Shown piece by piece: positions 8,723-19,615 of a DNA stretch of 64,000 nt. Source of the stretch: Nitrosopumilus sp. (GTDB lineage Archaea > Thermoproteota > Nitrososphaeria > Nitrososphaerales > Nitrosopumilaceae); assembly GCA_965206745.1 (NCBI GenBank), contig OZ242220.1, positions 1 to 64,000 of the forward strand. Reading direction: 5' to 3'. Position 1 is the first letter of the stretch; each line of letters starts with the position of its first letter. The notes under the pieces were generated by a model. That model saw only the letters and a program-made list of their open reading frames with translations, had not been told where the DNA came from and searched no databases. The position numbers and the translations under genes are program-made.

Positions 8723-10519
8723 TTGGCTGAGGATGAAATAATAAGCGCAGTAACAGGACAGACCAGTGAAATTCAGAGTGTTTCAACGATCATAGGATCC
8801 TCCGAATCGCTGCAACTTGCATTTGCAGTTTTAGTTATCGGGATTATAGGCATCGTGTTAGTTTATCGCAGTTTTTCAAATCGGGTTCAGACTAAAAAAT
8901 TTAATTATATGAGACCTCACCTCTCAAAATTTGTCAGAGTCGGTGTTTTGCCGTTTTTTGCGATAATTCTCATTACGAGCATGAACGTATACATTCAATC
9001 TTTTGACGTATTTGATGAAACAACAGTCAGAAATGCTGAACAAATTGTAACAGATGCAGAAGAGGGAACGATGGAGGATGCAGAGGAAATGCTGACGGTG
9101 GCCGGAACTTTTGGAAAAATTCTTGATTCAATCAACATACTGGTAATTGGATATACCATAGCACATTTGATTCCCATTATTATCGCTAAACGAGAGAAGA
9201 CCAGTCTTGAAAAGGAAGACTTTGCAATGTGGAAGGACATGAGGGGGTTTACAGATGATGAAGGTGACTTGTTTCACAAATTCTTCAAATGGGTTGCCCC
9301 TATAAACACGCCAGAGGATATCTCCAAAGAAGAATTTGAGGAAAAACTAAAAACCGAGGAAGGAAGGCACTTTCTTGAAGAGTATAGGACAACCAAAGGA
9401 TTGCCAATTGGCAGCTACGAGCAACTAATCAAAGAACCATTTGAAGGCTGGAAAAAGTCCGAGAGAGTAAAGTATGCGGATTATTTTAAAAGATCCACAT
9501 CAGGCAATAATCAATCAGGTAAAAAGCTCAGAACAGGACAGGAGGTTGAGGAGATCTATCCAATTGATACATGGAGGGAAGAAAAAAGACTGGACGGGTT
9601 TGATCCAATAATTCCCGGGGCAAAACCTCCAGGACACGCCTTGAGAAAAAGAAAAAATCTTCCAAAGTCCGTCTCCCAGATTCTGCCTCTGGGAATTTTT
9701 GCAGCTGTAGTAATCGGCATTGTTAGCTGGTGGGGAATTGACCTAATCGTACTTGCAACGGCAACGGGGGGCTTGGCCATCGGAATTGGGCTGGCATTAC
9801 AAGAGACAATGCAGAATTATTTTGCATATATTTTGATTAGAAAAGACAAGATATTTGCAGAAGGTGAGCGTGTAAAGTTGGATACCGGGTATAACGGATA
9901 TGTGCACAAAATCACGCCTAGGGTCACGTACATCAGGGATGCACTAAACGAGTCATTTGCGGTAATTCCAACCAGGCAGCTAGTCAATGCCCAGATAATT
10001 AACTATTCCAAAGAGGTCAAGATGGTTCCGGCCATTGTGGAGGTGGGCGTCTCCTATCTTAATGATCCAAAACAGGTTTCTGCAATTCTAGTAAAAGTTG
10101 GCAAGCGTGCAATGAAGGAGGTTGTTGACGGGAAAGGCAGGCATCTTATCAGACAGTTAAGGTGTCCCTATTTGGACAAAAACAGACCAAGCTGCGGTTG
10201 TGACAAGGACATTCATGTGGAGATAAACCAGCCAGTAGTCAGATTCAATCAGTTCAATGACTCATCATTGGATTTTTCACTATGGCTTTATGTGAGGGAT
10301 TATGGGGCACAGTTCAAGACCAAAACAGACATGAGGATGATCATGTATGAAGAGTTCAAAAGATACGATATCAGAATTCCATGGCCAATTAGAACAGTAT
10401 ACCAGGGAGATGAAAAACGCGAACAGGCGGAGATTGACAAGCTCAATGAACAGAGGATGGGAGTTATTGACAGATATGGCATCGGGGACATTGGCCGTGG
10501 CAGTGGTGAGGATGAATGA
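8723..10519 (+). CDS. Mechanosensitive channel, MscS family, extended
   Basis: IGIGLALQETMQNYFA, GERVKL, IPTRQL, EVGVSY, FNDSSLDF, IRIPWP. Confidence 0.88.
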   Translation: MAEDEIISAVTGQTSEIQSVSTIIGSSESLQLAFAVLVIGIIGIVLVYRSFSNRVQTKKFNYMRPHLSKFVRVGVLPFFAIILITSMNVYIQSFDVFDETTVRNAEQIVTDAEEGTMEDAEEMLTVAGTFGKILDSINILVIGYTIAHLIPIIIAKREKTSLEKEDFAMWKDMRGFTDDEGDLFHKFFKWVAPINTPEDISKEEFEEKLKTEEGRHFLEEYRTTKGLPIGSYEQLIKEPFEGWKKSERVKYADYFKRSTSGNNQSGKKLRTGQEVEEIYPIDTWREEKRLDGFDPIIPGAKPPGHALRKRKNLPKSVSQILPLGIFAAVVIGIVSWWGIDLIVLATATGGLAIGIGLALQETMQNYFAYILIRKDKIFAEGERVKLDTGYNGYVHKITPRVTYIRDALNESFAVIPTRQLVNAQIINYSKEVKMVPAIVEVGVSYLNDPKQVSAILVKVGKRAMKEVVDGKGRHLIRQLRCPYLDKNRPSCGCDKDIHVEINQPVVRFNQFNDSSLDFSLWLYVRDYGAQFKTKTDMRMIMYEEFKRYDIRIPWPIRTVYQGDEKREQAEIDKLNEQRMGVIDRYGIGDIGRGSGEDE

Positions 10520-10557
10520 TTTTCTCAAAACTTAAGAAACCCATTGGTTGACATTTC

Positions 10558-11433
10558 TTGTTGGGCAGATTATCAGTAATTGCAGGCAAATCTTCTGAAG
10601 ATTTGGCAAGAAAGCTCTCTGGAAAGATAAATGCAAATCTTGTAAAATCAGAAGTTAGAATTTTTGCCGACGGGGAAAGCAAGATAACACTTGTCGGAAA
10701 GGTATCCAAAGGAAAGGCCATTGTTGTTCAGTCAATTTATCCGCCGGTGGATACAAATCTAATACAGGCACTATCACTTGTTTCAAAAGCCAAGGAAACG
10801 GCATCGGAGGTGATTGCCGTGATCCCATACATGGGATATGCAAGACAGGACAGGGAATTTCTGCCAGGAGAAGTCGTAACAATGAAGGTCCTTGGAAAGT
10901 TATTCAGAGGGGCAGGGGCGTCAAAAATTATTGCAGTGGATATCCACAGTATGATTGGATTCAAACATTTTGCCATCAAGACAGAGAATGTATCTGCAAT
11001 TCCTGAACTTGTACAGTATGTCAAGAAATTGAGACTGAAAGATCCCCTTGTGATATCGCCGGATCAGGGTGGAAAAGAAAGGGCAAAGGAATTTGCAAGA
11101 GAGTTAGGCTCAGAATACGTCGCTTTGGAGAAAAAGAGGGACAGAAAAACAGGAAAAGTTCAGATAAAGACAAAAGATATCGATGTGGCTGGCAGGGATT
11201 TGATTTTGGTTGACGATATGATTAGTACCGGAGGCAGTATTGTCAAAGCCACACAGTTTCTTAAAAAGCGAAAATGTAAAAAAATCTACGTTGCATGTAC
11301 ACACGCGTTGCTGATGAATGATGCTCAAGGAAAGATAAAAAGGGCAGGTGTCACAAAAATTGTCAGCACAAATACGATTCCGGGCAAAACGTCAGTCGTG
11401 GATGTATCTAATACCATTGTAAAGGCAATTTAG
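10558..11433 (+). CDS. prs: Ribose-phosphate pyrophosphokinase
   Basis: FADGE, PYMGYARQDR, SPDQGG, LVDDMISTGGS. Confidence 0.95.
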   Translation: MLGRLSVIAGKSSEDLARKLSGKINANLVKSEVRIFADGESKITLVGKVSKGKAIVVQSIYPPVDTNLIQALSLVSKAKETASEVIAVIPYMGYARQDREFLPGEVVTMKVLGKLFRGAGASKIIAVDIHSMIGFKHFAIKTENVSAIPELVQYVKKLRLKDPLVISPDQGGKERAKEFARELGSEYVALEKKRDRKTGKVQIKTKDIDVAGRDLILVDDMISTGGSIVKATQFLKKRKCKKIYVACTHALLMNDAQGKIKRAGVTKIVSTNTIPGKTSVVDVSNTIVKAI

Positions 11434-11435
11434 TT

Positions 11436-12383
11436 ATGCCAGAAAGTTTTTTTGTTTTATCTAAAGATTATCTGGAACTTGCGATAGATGAGATTACTGC
11501 AATAGCAAAGATGCATGACAGATTTTCCAAAATCAAGGTGATTTCCAATCTGGTAATTGTCCAATCCAAAACAAGTGGGAATGAGATAGCAAAGCGAGCC
11601 ACATTCGTAAAAATTTCTGGGCAGATTTTACGGAAAATGTCAGGATTATTTTTGGATGATGAAAATGTGGGGGTTTTAAAAAATGCAAAAACTTTTGTCT
11701 GCAGGGTAGTTAATTTGTCATCAAATCAGTTTAACATTCCAGAACTGGAAAACTCGATGGGGGATATGATATCAAAGTTCTCGCATGCCAAAGTGAATTT
11801 GAAGAATCCGGACATTACGGCATATCTGATTTTTACAAACACTGAAAACTTTTTTGGGTTTTCAAAACGAACCAAGGGACAAAAAAGACCAAAAAAAATT
11901 GAAAAGCATCCCCACGAACTGGATTGGAAGCTAACTAGGGTTATGATTAATCTGATAGGGCTGAAAAAAGGAGAGACCGTCTGTGATCCGTTTTGTGGAA
12001 CCGGTACGACACTACTCGAGTCCGAATCAATGGGAATTCATGGCATCGGGCTGGATTTTGATGAGAAGATGTGCAAGATTGCCCAAAAAAATCTCAAGGC
12101 TAACAATTACCATTCAAAGATTTTAAACTCTGAATTTCAGGGATTGTTGGAAATATCTGATGAATTTGATGGGATTGTGACTGACCTGCCTTATGGAATA
12201 GCCTCAAAGACATCAGAAAAGCCTCAGGAAATCCTGAAAAAATTCTTCTCAATTCTGTCTAAACGAAAGAGGGTGGCAATAATGTACAAAAAGGAGCTGG
12301 ATTTCAACTCAAAGCTAAGCGGGTTGAAGAAATATCACATCTATAGGCATAAAAGCTTGACAAGGACAATTCTGATCAAATGA
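11436..12383 (+). CDS. THUMP-domain tRNA (guanine-N2) methyltransferase, Trm11-like
   Basis: [24 protein letters not shown]-like N-terminus. Confidence 0.8.
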   Translation: MPESFFVLSKDYLELAIDEITAIAKMHDRFSKIKVISNLVIVQSKTSGNEIAKRATFVKISGQILRKMSGLFLDDENVGVLKNAKTFVCRVVNLSSNQFNIPELENSMGDMISKFSHAKVNLKNPDITAYLIFTNTENFFGFSKRTKGQKRPKKIEKHPHELDWKLTRVMINLIGLKKGETVCDPFCGTGTTLLESESMGIHGIGLDFDEKMCKIAQKNLKANNYHSKILNSEFQGLLEISDEFDGIVTDLPYGIASKTSEKPQEILKKFFSILSKRKRVAIMYKKELDFNSKLSGLKKYHIYRHKSLTRTILIK

Positions 12384-13288
12384 AACTTGTATTCTTGGGA
12401 ACATCAGCGGCACAGCCTACCGAAAATAGGGGGTTGTCATGTATCTGCCTGGAGAGGGACGGGGAGATTCTGATGTTTGATGCCGGCGAGGCCGCTCAGA
12501 TATCTTTTATGAGATCAGGTTTGGGATGGAATAAAAAAATGAAGCTGTTTGTCACGCACATGCACGGTGATCATTGCATAGGAATCCTGGGATTGTTACA
12601 GACCATGTCCATGCAGAACAGGACTGAAACATTAGAAATTTTCGGACCGAGTGGAATTGAAGAATTCATCTCAGCCAATATCAAGGTATTGAACTTTGGA
12701 CTGTCATTTCCCGTTTTAATAACCATCATCAGGGAAGGAAAAATTTTCGATGGTGAGAAGTTTTCAATGCATGTATGCAGGGCCAATCATTCAGTAGCGG
12801 CGTTTTCGTACCTGTTTGAGGAGAAAGACAGGCCGGGAAGATTTAACACTGAAAAAGCCAAACAGCTGGGAATCCCTGAAGGAAAATTATGGAGTGACTT
12901 GCAGAAAGGTCAAAGGGTCACGGTCAATGAAAAAATAATAAAACCAGAGCAGGTACTAGGGGAGAAACGTAGCGGCATCAAGATTGGAATCTCCGGCGAT
13001 ACAATGCCCACTACAGAATTGGAAAAGTTTTTTGAGAATTGTGATTATCTGGTGTTTGATTCGACATTTTTGGATGAAGAAAGACAGAAAGCGCAAGATA
13101 CGCGTCACTCTACTGCAAGACAGGCAGCTACACTGGGGAAAAATTCCAGAGTCAAAAATTTGATTTTGACTCATTTTTCAGCTAGATACAAAGATGAGCA
13201 AGGACACTTGAGGGAGGCACAAAAAATACACGATTCAGTGATAACAGCTAGGGACCTTTTGGAGATAGAGATTAAACGAGATGTTTGA
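12380..13288 (+). CDS. rnz: Ribonuclease Z
   Basis: [28 protein letters not shown], flexible arm. Confidence 0.95.
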   Translation: MKLVFLGTSAAQPTENRGLSCICLERDGEILMFDAGEAAQISFMRSGLGWNKKMKLFVTHMHGDHCIGILGLLQTMSMQNRTETLEIFGPSGIEEFISANIKVLNFGLSFPVLITIIREGKIFDGEKFSMHVCRANHSVAAFSYLFEEKDRPGRFNTEKAKQLGIPEGKLWSDLQKGQRVTVNEKIIKPEQVLGEKRSGIKIGISGDTMPTTELEKFFENCDYLVFDSTFLDEERQKAQDTRHSTARQAATLGKNSRVKNLILTHFSARYKDEQGHLREAQKIHDSVITARDLLEIEIKRDV

Positions 13289-14006
13289 TTTAATCAAGGA
13301 TAAAATTAAAAGCTGTGAAAAAGTTGTCTTTGTGACAGGGGCTGGTATTTCACAGGAGAGCGGGATTCCTACATTTCGAGGAAAAGACGGGTTATGGAGA
13401 AATTATAGTGCAATGAGGCTTGCCACAATAAATGCATTCTATGATGATCCAAAACTCGTATGGCAGTGGTATAATGAAAGAAGGAGGAACATTCTTCAGG
13501 CACAAGGCAATCCGGGCCACAAGGCAATTGCCGAACTTGAAAAATATGCCCAGGTCGTAGTTTTGACACAAAATATTGATGGATTGCACCAAAAATCCGG
13601 AAGTTCAAACGTATTGGAACTCCATGGCAGCATTGTAAGGATCAAGTGTTCTGTATGTGACTATAACGAAGAGATTTTGAGCGAAATTTCCGACTTGCCG
13701 CCTTTGTGCAAGTGTGGAAATATACTTAGACCAGACGTCGTATGGTTTGGAGAGTCGTTATCAGAGGATGTCTGGAACAGGGCCATGGATTTTGCAAGTC
13801 AGTGTGATTTAATGGTAGTTGTAGGCACATCACTTGCAGTGTCTCCGGCAAACACGCTGCCACACTATGCCAAGCAAAACAATGCAACGTTGGTTGAAGT
13901 TAATCCAGAAAGGACTGATATGTCATGGAAGATGGACGTGACAATCAGAAATACCAGTGCAGCAATTCTGCCCAAACTGGTTTCATTGTTTAGAGGCAGA
14001 TCATAA
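13281..14006 (+). CDS. cobB: NAD-dependent deacylase, Sir2/CobB family
   Basis: [37 protein letters not shown]. Confidence 0.92.
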   Translation: MFDLIKDKIKSCEKVVFVTGAGISQESGIPTFRGKDGLWRNYSAMRLATINAFYDDPKLVWQWYNERRRNILQAQGNPGHKAIAELEKYAQVVVLTQNIDGLHQKSGSSNVLELHGSIVRIKCSVCDYNEEILSEISDLPPLCKCGNILRPDVVWFGESLSEDVWNRAMDFASQCDLMVVVGTSLAVSPANTLPHYAKQNNATLVEVNPERTDMSWKMDVTIRNTSAAILPKLVSLFRGRS

Positions 14007-14708
14007 TTGATAAAAGATATCGTTTGGTTCTGATACCAAGGGGATCTGGATTACAAATTGACATAGCTTCACAATCCTCAGTGTGTACTCATATCCACAC
14101 AATATGGGATTCACTGTTGCATAGTTTAGATTTGTAATGGATTTTAATGTGAAGATATTCCAGAAAAAAGTTCCCTTGTATGCGGTTCTAGTTGAATTGG
14201 AATTTTGTCCTTCCATCGGTATCAGGATATTGAAGAACACGACATCGAGTTGTTTAGTTGAGGGGGAAATTTGAGATGACATTATTGTAGTATTTTGAGT
14301 GGAAACGAGTGTTGCTGCTCACTGATCAGCTGTTGGTTGGCTCGTAGATTCTAAATTTGAGTTGCCATTGAAAATATTTTGTATTGATTCCATAGGATTG
14401 AAACCAGAGAATCCTTTTTCGATCATTTTTTGTGATGATTCTATTGTCTCAGAAATCGTACCAGTTATTTTACCTTGAGCGTCATTTACTTGACCGGGCA
14501 GTGATTCACTTTGGTCTACAATCGTATCAATTGACGAGTCGATTCCTTGTCCTACTGAATTTGAAAGATCGGATCCAAAGACATGTGCGTCATTTTGTAG
14601 AGAATCAAACGTGGCTGCAGATGTAGGAGACAGGTTGTCAGCTTCATTAAACAGTATCATGCCTCCCAAAACCATAACGCCTACGATTATGCCTAGTTTG
14701 ATCAACAT
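14001..14708 (-). pseudogene. Membrane-anchored hypothetical protein, probably degraded (ORF 14319-14708 plus in-frame 14001-14282)
   Basis: Two ORFs in one frame separated by a single TGA and 12 sense codons; N-terminal TM. Confidence 0.45.
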
Positions 14709-14965
14709 CTATGAATAATTCAAAAAAACAGATTTTACACTTAAACTGAAAAAAATGATCAAAAATGAGTGAATTTTATTAACTAATTTTTGCTCTGATA
14801 AGTTGGCGTGTGTTTTCAGCATATAATTGACTAAAAATGAAAAAATATCCCTATTGTCATATCTCTACTCCATACACTATTCAATTTGTGTCATTTTGTA
14901 ATTTTCACTGTTTTCAACGGATTGTTCAATTAGGCGGATCGGTGTTAAGTCAGGGTGATAAAAAA

Positions 14966-15160
14966 TCAGTAATCCTTGCCATCAATAACAATAATGCCTA
15001 AACCTAATGCAGTAAACCAAGTTTTAGGATTTTCAGAAATTGATTCTTTCACAATACCTGCTGTTCCTTTAAGTGCAGACATAACATCATTTGGATGCTG
15101 TCTTTCAAGCTCATCAAGCATCACTTTGATTAATGCTTCAAAATCTATTTGGATAACCAT
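14966..15160 (-). CDS. Hypothetical protein (islet 2)
   Basis: ATG ORF with plausible composition and hydrophobic C-terminus. Confidence 0.55.
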   Translation of the reverse strand: MVIQIDFEALIKVMLDELERQHPNDVMSALKGTAGIVKESISENPKTWFTALGLGIIVIDGKDY

Positions 15161-15209
15161 AATAAATCATATCTATTCTAGAATATAGATTTTGCTGGAA
15201 AATAAAGAA

Positions 15210-15494
15210 TTATAATAATTTCATCCAACAACTATCTTTCTCATTTGAGAGCCAGCTAAACCCATGAAGTTTCAAAATATCATTAATTTCTCTCCAAGTA
15301 TTTTTTTGAATCCAATTTCTAGGTGTTATTTTGACTGAATCTCCTTCATTTACACTAGTAATTTTCTTGATTCGTTTTTCTAAATTATTTACAAAATTTG
15401 GTTTTGTTGTAGATTTTTTAATCAAGTCTAGATACTTGTTGTTATCTAAATTCAACTCAATGTTTACAGCTTGAGCTAGTGTTTTCCCATCCAA
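15210..15494 (-). CDS. Hypothetical protein (islet 2)
   Basis: 94-aa ORF with Trp-rich C-terminal domain (WREINDILKLHGFSW). Confidence 0.55.
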   Translation of the reverse strand: MDGKTLAQAVNIELNLDNNKYLDLIKKSTTKPNFVNNLEKRIKKITSVNEGDSVKITPRNWIQKNTWREINDILKLHGFSWLSNEKDSCWMKLL

Positions 15495-15645
15495 TCCTTA
15501 ATGTGGCTTTACAAAATTGAGATTAATCTTTAACAACTCTGAAAATGACTCTAGTCAAACACGGATTACGTAGATTCCAATCACCGCAGTACCTCTGGGT
15601 GCCCTGAATTGATGTGGTTGTACATGTGCAAGTTTGCATGAAGTC

Positions 15646-16062
15646 CTAACTTTCATTATTTGAAAATGAAATCCAATCTATAATTCCATCAATATTTGTT
15701 GAAACCAGTTGTACCTTTATTGGCCCGAGGGGCGATTCTTCTGCCTCATCACACACTGCAACTTGATCTGCAAAAGCAGCCTGTTTGTTTAGAAGAAACC
15801 AGGTACTATCACCTTTCAAATTATCTTCCAAGTTGCGCGTGTAACTTTTTTGGGATTGAGCAGACAGGATTGACTCGCAAATTTTTTCCAAGGATCTCAA
15901 CTCGTTTGACTGTGCCTTTATCGAAGAAACTTCGTTCTTTATCGTCGAATGTGGAAAGATGTTGGAGATTGCCTGCCTGACTTTTTCAGGATCCTCAGAC
16001 GGGTTTACTGGGCAGACCATCTCTATTTTACAATTGATGTTTGGAATTTTCATTCTAACCAC
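15646..16062 (-). CDS. RNA-binding domain protein (UPF0201/DUF54)
   Basis: VNPSEDPEKVRQAISNIFP, LNKQAAF, ESPLGPI. Confidence 0.85.
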   Translation of the reverse strand: MVRMKIPNINCKIEMVCPVNPSEDPEKVRQAISNIFPHSTIKNEVSSIKAQSNELRSLEKICESILSAQSQKSYTRNLEDNLKGDSTWFLLNKQAAFADQVAVCDEAEESPLGPIKVQLVSTNIDGIIDWISFSNNES

Positions 16063-16601
16063 TTTTGAATAATTTTAAAAGCCTGCTCGATTAACTCCTC
16101 CTTCGTTATGCCAACATTGGATATTGCATCATCGGAAAGTGCAATAGAGTCACTTACACCGACTCCCAATTCACGGTTGTCCCTTTGTTCAAAGTGTTCC
16201 TTTGTCTGTGGATCATCTGATCTTCCTCTTTTTTGCAGAAAATCAAATCTGGTATCAGTGGAGGCATGAACTGCCAATAATTTTACAGTGCCATATTTTT
16301 TCAGCACCTGAATCTCATCATTGGATCTTACTCCGTCAATCAAAATTACATTTGAGGTTGAAGATTCTATATGTGGTCTGACCAGTTCGGCTATGGCGCC
16401 AGGACCGTTCTTCTCCCTTAACTCAAGCATTAACTTGCCCAAATTTTCCCTACTAGACTCCAAGTTTCTTTTTTTAGCTTCCTCTCTGACAGCATTTCCC
16501 ATGTTGATTGTTTCATAGCCCTTTAATGCCAATTCTTCTGCAATGGTAGACTTGCCAGCTCCGGGCATGCCTGTCAAACATACGATTAATTTCCCCAACA
16601 C
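16050..16601 (-). CDS. UPF0200 P-loop kinase (archaeal dephospho-CoA/nucleotide kinase-like)
   Basis: GMPGAGKS, IDGVRS, RGRSDDP, RDNREL. Confidence 0.82.
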   Translation of the reverse strand: MLGKLIVCLTGMPGAGKSTIAEELALKGYETINMGNAVREEAKKRNLESSRENLGKLMLELREKNGPGAIAELVRPHIESSTSNVILIDGVRSNDEIQVLKKYGTVKLLAVHASTDTRFDFLQKRGRSDDPQTKEHFEQRDNRELGVGVSDSIALSDDAISNVGITKEELIEQAFKIIQKWLE

Positions 16602-16667
16602 ATATCAGAAAAAGGGCTCGTCTATGAAGCTACCGCAAATAATTATAAACATACTGCAAAAAATATC

Positions 16668-17213
16668 ATGATGCGTGCTTTTGTAGCTGTTGAAGTCACA
16701 GATGATAATATAATAAATTCAGTCAGGGAATTTCAAGAGGGCATCAGTATTGATGCCAAGCCTGTGGAACTGAAAAATCTGCATTTCACCTTGCAGTTTT
16801 TAGGGGAAATTTCGGAGAAGGTTGCCCAAAAGATCATCCAGTCTCTTAAAACAATCGAATTTTCGAGTTTTGACATCAATCTGAAAGAAGTTGGGGCATT
16901 TCCCAGACCCAGACACCCAAGAATAATTTGGATTGGAACAGATGAGAATGGCAGAAACATGTTGGTTCAATTATCCAAAAAAGTGGAAAAGGCGTTGGAA
17001 CCGCTAGGATTTCTTCCAGATAAGCCGTTTAAACCTCATATCACAGTGTTTAGAATTAAAAAGAAGGTGGGGGATGTATCAGGAGAATTGAAAAATCATA
17101 AAATGAAGAATTTTGGGCTTCAAAAGGTCTCAAAGATTAAATTAAAAAAAAGTGAGCTTGGTGCAGATGGACCAATTTATTCAGACCTGGCGGAGGTTGA
17201 TGCAAAAAAATGA
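16668..17213 (+). CDS. thpR: RNA 2',3'-cyclic phosphodiesterase (2'-5' RNA ligase, 2H family)
   Basis: Two HxT motifs (LHFTL, PHITV), GAFP. Confidence 0.9.
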   Translation: MMRAFVAVEVTDDNIINSVREFQEGISIDAKPVELKNLHFTLQFLGEISEKVAQKIIQSLKTIEFSSFDINLKEVGAFPRPRHPRIIWIGTDENGRNMLVQLSKKVEKALEPLGFLPDKPFKPHITVFRIKKKVGDVSGELKNHKMKNFGLQKVSKIKLKKSELGADGPIYSDLAEVDAKK

Positions 17214-18538
17214 AGCAGATAATCTCCAAGATATCTAAAACTGTAATGCCTTCAAAAGCAATGGAAAAATCAAAGAGACAGATCGCAGAAACAGCTTTCA
17301 GCCTGGTTGAAAAGGAGATTGAAGGGTATTCAGAAGTGGTAGGATTGGAGTTTGGCGGGTCGTTTGCAAAGGGTACATGGCTGACCGAAGATGCAGACAT
17401 TGACATCTTCATCAAATTCAAGAAGGATGTATCTGAAGAAAAATTTGAAAAAATTTCCAAGGAGATTGGATTTGCCTCATTGGAGGAATATTCTCCTTAT
17501 GTCAGGTACTCTCAACACCCTTACGTTGAGGCCAAGGTTGATGATACAAAAATCAACATCGTACCATGCTATGATGTCGCCATGGGGGATTGGAAGAGTG
17601 CTGCAGACAGATCCCCATTTCATACAAGATTCATGAAAGAATCACTAGGGCCAAAAATGAGAGACGAGGTAAGGATTCTAAAGACGTTTCTAAAGTCAAA
17701 TGGAATTTACGGTGCAGAGATAGCAAAACAAGGATTCAGCGGGTATGTTTCAGAGGTTTTGATTTTGGAATTTAAAAGCTTTGAGAACCTTGTAAAATCA
17801 ATCTCAAAAATCAAAGAAAAACAGATCATTGGAAAAACGGACAAGAAGTTTGACACCTCAATTGTAATAATAGATCCAGTAGACAGTAACCGGAATTTGG
17901 CTGCTGCCATCTCCGATGAGAATATCGGGAAACTCATTCTTATTTCAAGGGCGTTCAAAGAGAAACCAAACCAAGGATTCTTCAGGATTAAAGGATCAAG
18001 GATATCAGAGGAATTTTGGGGTAATTTGTTGGTCGTAAAATTCGACTTTAGAGACAGGAGCCCGGATATCATCTGGGGACAGATAAAAAGGGCAGCCTCA
18101 ACGCTGTCCACACAGCTAGAATTGGGGGGATTCACCGTGTTGAGAAGCAAATCCTACACGGATCAAAAACAGATCTATCTTTTGTTCTTCCTGGAGTCCA
18201 TCAAGATCAGTGGGATCTATTCCAAAGATGGACCAGAGTTTTTCAGAGAGGATGGCACCAACAGCTTTATTGTCAAGAATCTTAAAAATACAAAATTGAT
18301 GTGGGTTGGAAACAACAAGAGAATAATTTCCCTAGAAAAAAGAGAACATACTGATGCAGTAAATTTTATGAAGGAATTTTTGGAGAAAAATCTTCAGGCA
18401 GGCATGCCCAAAGGTCTTCAAGATGATCTCAAGCAAGGTTTCAAGATATCTGTGGGAGACAAAAATCTAAGCAAATCAATTAAAGAGGAGGCAGCTGAAT
18501 TGATTTCAGTAGATGGCGCACTCCTTCATTTCAATTAA
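17210..18538 (+). CDS. cca: CCA-adding enzyme, archaeal class I
   Basis: GGSFAKGTWL..DADIDIF, HPYV, SAADRSPFH, GFSGY. Confidence 0.95.
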   Translation: MKQIISKISKTVMPSKAMEKSKRQIAETAFSLVEKEIEGYSEVVGLEFGGSFAKGTWLTEDADIDIFIKFKKDVSEEKFEKISKEIGFASLEEYSPYVRYSQHPYVEAKVDDTKINIVPCYDVAMGDWKSAADRSPFHTRFMKESLGPKMRDEVRILKTFLKSNGIYGAEIAKQGFSGYVSEVLILEFKSFENLVKSISKIKEKQIIGKTDKKFDTSIVIIDPVDSNRNLAAAISDENIGKLILISRAFKEKPNQGFFRIKGSRISEEFWGNLLVVKFDFRDRSPDIIWGQIKRAASTLSTQLELGGFTVLRSKSYTDQKQIYLLFFLESIKISGIYSKDGPEFFREDGTNSFIVKNLKNTKLMWVGNNKRIISLEKREHTDAVNFMKEFLEKNLQAGMPKGLQDDLKQGFKISVGDKNLSKSIKEEAAELISVDGALLHFN

Positions 18539-19274
18539 GAAATTTTCTAAAGAGCCATACTCAAACATCTTGGGATATCCAAGTGCAACTAGTCGACAAA
18601 TCAGATCAAGGATTGCCGAGCTGGAAAAGTTGAAAATTAGATCAATCTCCTTGACAGGCCCTACGACGCTTGGAAACCTGGCAATTTTGGGAAAAGGATA
18701 CGTCGGTGTCGTTGTAGTTGCAAAGAAAGGCAGCAAGGAGGTCGCCCTAAAAATCAGAAGGACAGACTCCCCGAGAAAAAATATGAAGAATGAGGCAGTG
18801 TTGTTAAAGTTGGTCAATTCAGTCAAGGTTGGCCCAAAAGTGATCGATGTCAGTAAAAATTTCCTAGTCATGGAGTATCTTCAGGGGGAGAAATTTAGCA
18901 ATTGGATTGGAATGTTAAAGGGAGTTGGAAGTGCGAAAAAATTAAAATCTGCAATTAAAAGTGTGTTGGAGGACTGTTACAGATTAGATCAGATAGGACT
19001 TGATCATGGGGAACTAAGCAACATTTCAAAGCACGTCATTGTGGGCAAAACAAAATCCTCACTGATTGATTTTGAAAGTTCAAGCACAAAGAGGAGGCCA
19101 TCCAATGTCACATCAATTACCCAGGCCTTTTTCATCGGGTCAGGGATTGCCAAAAAGGCACAGAAAATTTACAAAAATCCTCCCAAGGAGAAGATCATTG
19201 AAGCACTAAAGTCGTACAAACATGAAAAATCACAGGAAAACTTTGAAGAACTGCTCAAAATCCTGAAATTATGA
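18513..19274 (+). CDS. Atypical Ser/Thr protein kinase (RIO/Bud32-like)
   Basis: LGKGYVGVV, ALKIRR, HGELS, LIDFE. Confidence 0.8.
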   Translation: MAHSFISIKKFSKEPYSNILGYPSATSRQIRSRIAELEKLKIRSISLTGPTTLGNLAILGKGYVGVVVVAKKGSKEVALKIRRTDSPRKNMKNEAVLLKLVNSVKVGPKVIDVSKNFLVMEYLQGEKFSNWIGMLKGVGSAKKLKSAIKSVLEDCYRLDQIGLDHGELSNISKHVIVGKTKSSLIDFESSSTKRRPSNVTSITQAFFIGSGIAKKAQKIYKNPPKEKIIEALKSYKHEKSQENFEELLKILKL

Positions 19275-19348
19275 TGGGATCGGCAGGATTTGAACCTGCG
19301 ACCACTAGTCCCCCAGACTAGTATCATACCAAGCTAGACGACGATCCC
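19275..19348 (-). tRNA. tRNA-Pro(GGG), intronless, CCA not encoded
   Basis: Reverse complement folds to a cloverleaf: GGGATCG/CGATCCC acceptor, CTAGT-CTGGGGG-ACTAG anticodon arm, GGTTCAAATCC T-arm. Confidence 0.95.
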
Positions 19349-19404
19349 TTGTTTCAGAGGCACAAAATGAAATTATTAAATCGTCGTATTGACAAGCAAA
19401 ATCG

Positions 19405-19614
19405 ATGAAACTCTGTAATATCTGCCACAAGATTTCTGCTACAAATCAGGATCACCTTGACTGCGTTCAAAGAAGAAGCATAGAACTGGAAGGCGAGGAT
19501 TTTAAAAACGGCATTCCAGAAAAACTCAACCTTTCAAAAGATACTCAGGAATTGGATGTGGGGGTCAAGGCAATTCTGGAACATCTTTCAAAGAGCAAGG
19601 ATTCAGACGAATAG
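19405..19614 (+). CDS. Small hypothetical protein with Cys/His zinc-finger-like N-terminus
   Basis: CNIC...HLDC. Confidence 0.6.
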   Translation: MKLCNICHKISATNQDHLDCVQRRSIELEGEDFKNGIPEKLNLSKDTQELDVGVKAILEHLSKSKDSDE

Positions 19615-19615
19615 A

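Larger units (their letters stand above)
14946..15575. mobile_element. AT-rich islet 2 (~0.63 kb) interrupting a small Cys-rich ORF
   Basis: AT shift; flanks on the minus strand read MQTCTC...YCGD and TPIRLIEQ...IE*. Confidence 0.45.

Noticed and set aside
14944-14950. Integron core site GTTAAGT at the edge of islet 2
   Set aside because: Single 7-mer with no attC hairpin and no integron integrase; likely chance.
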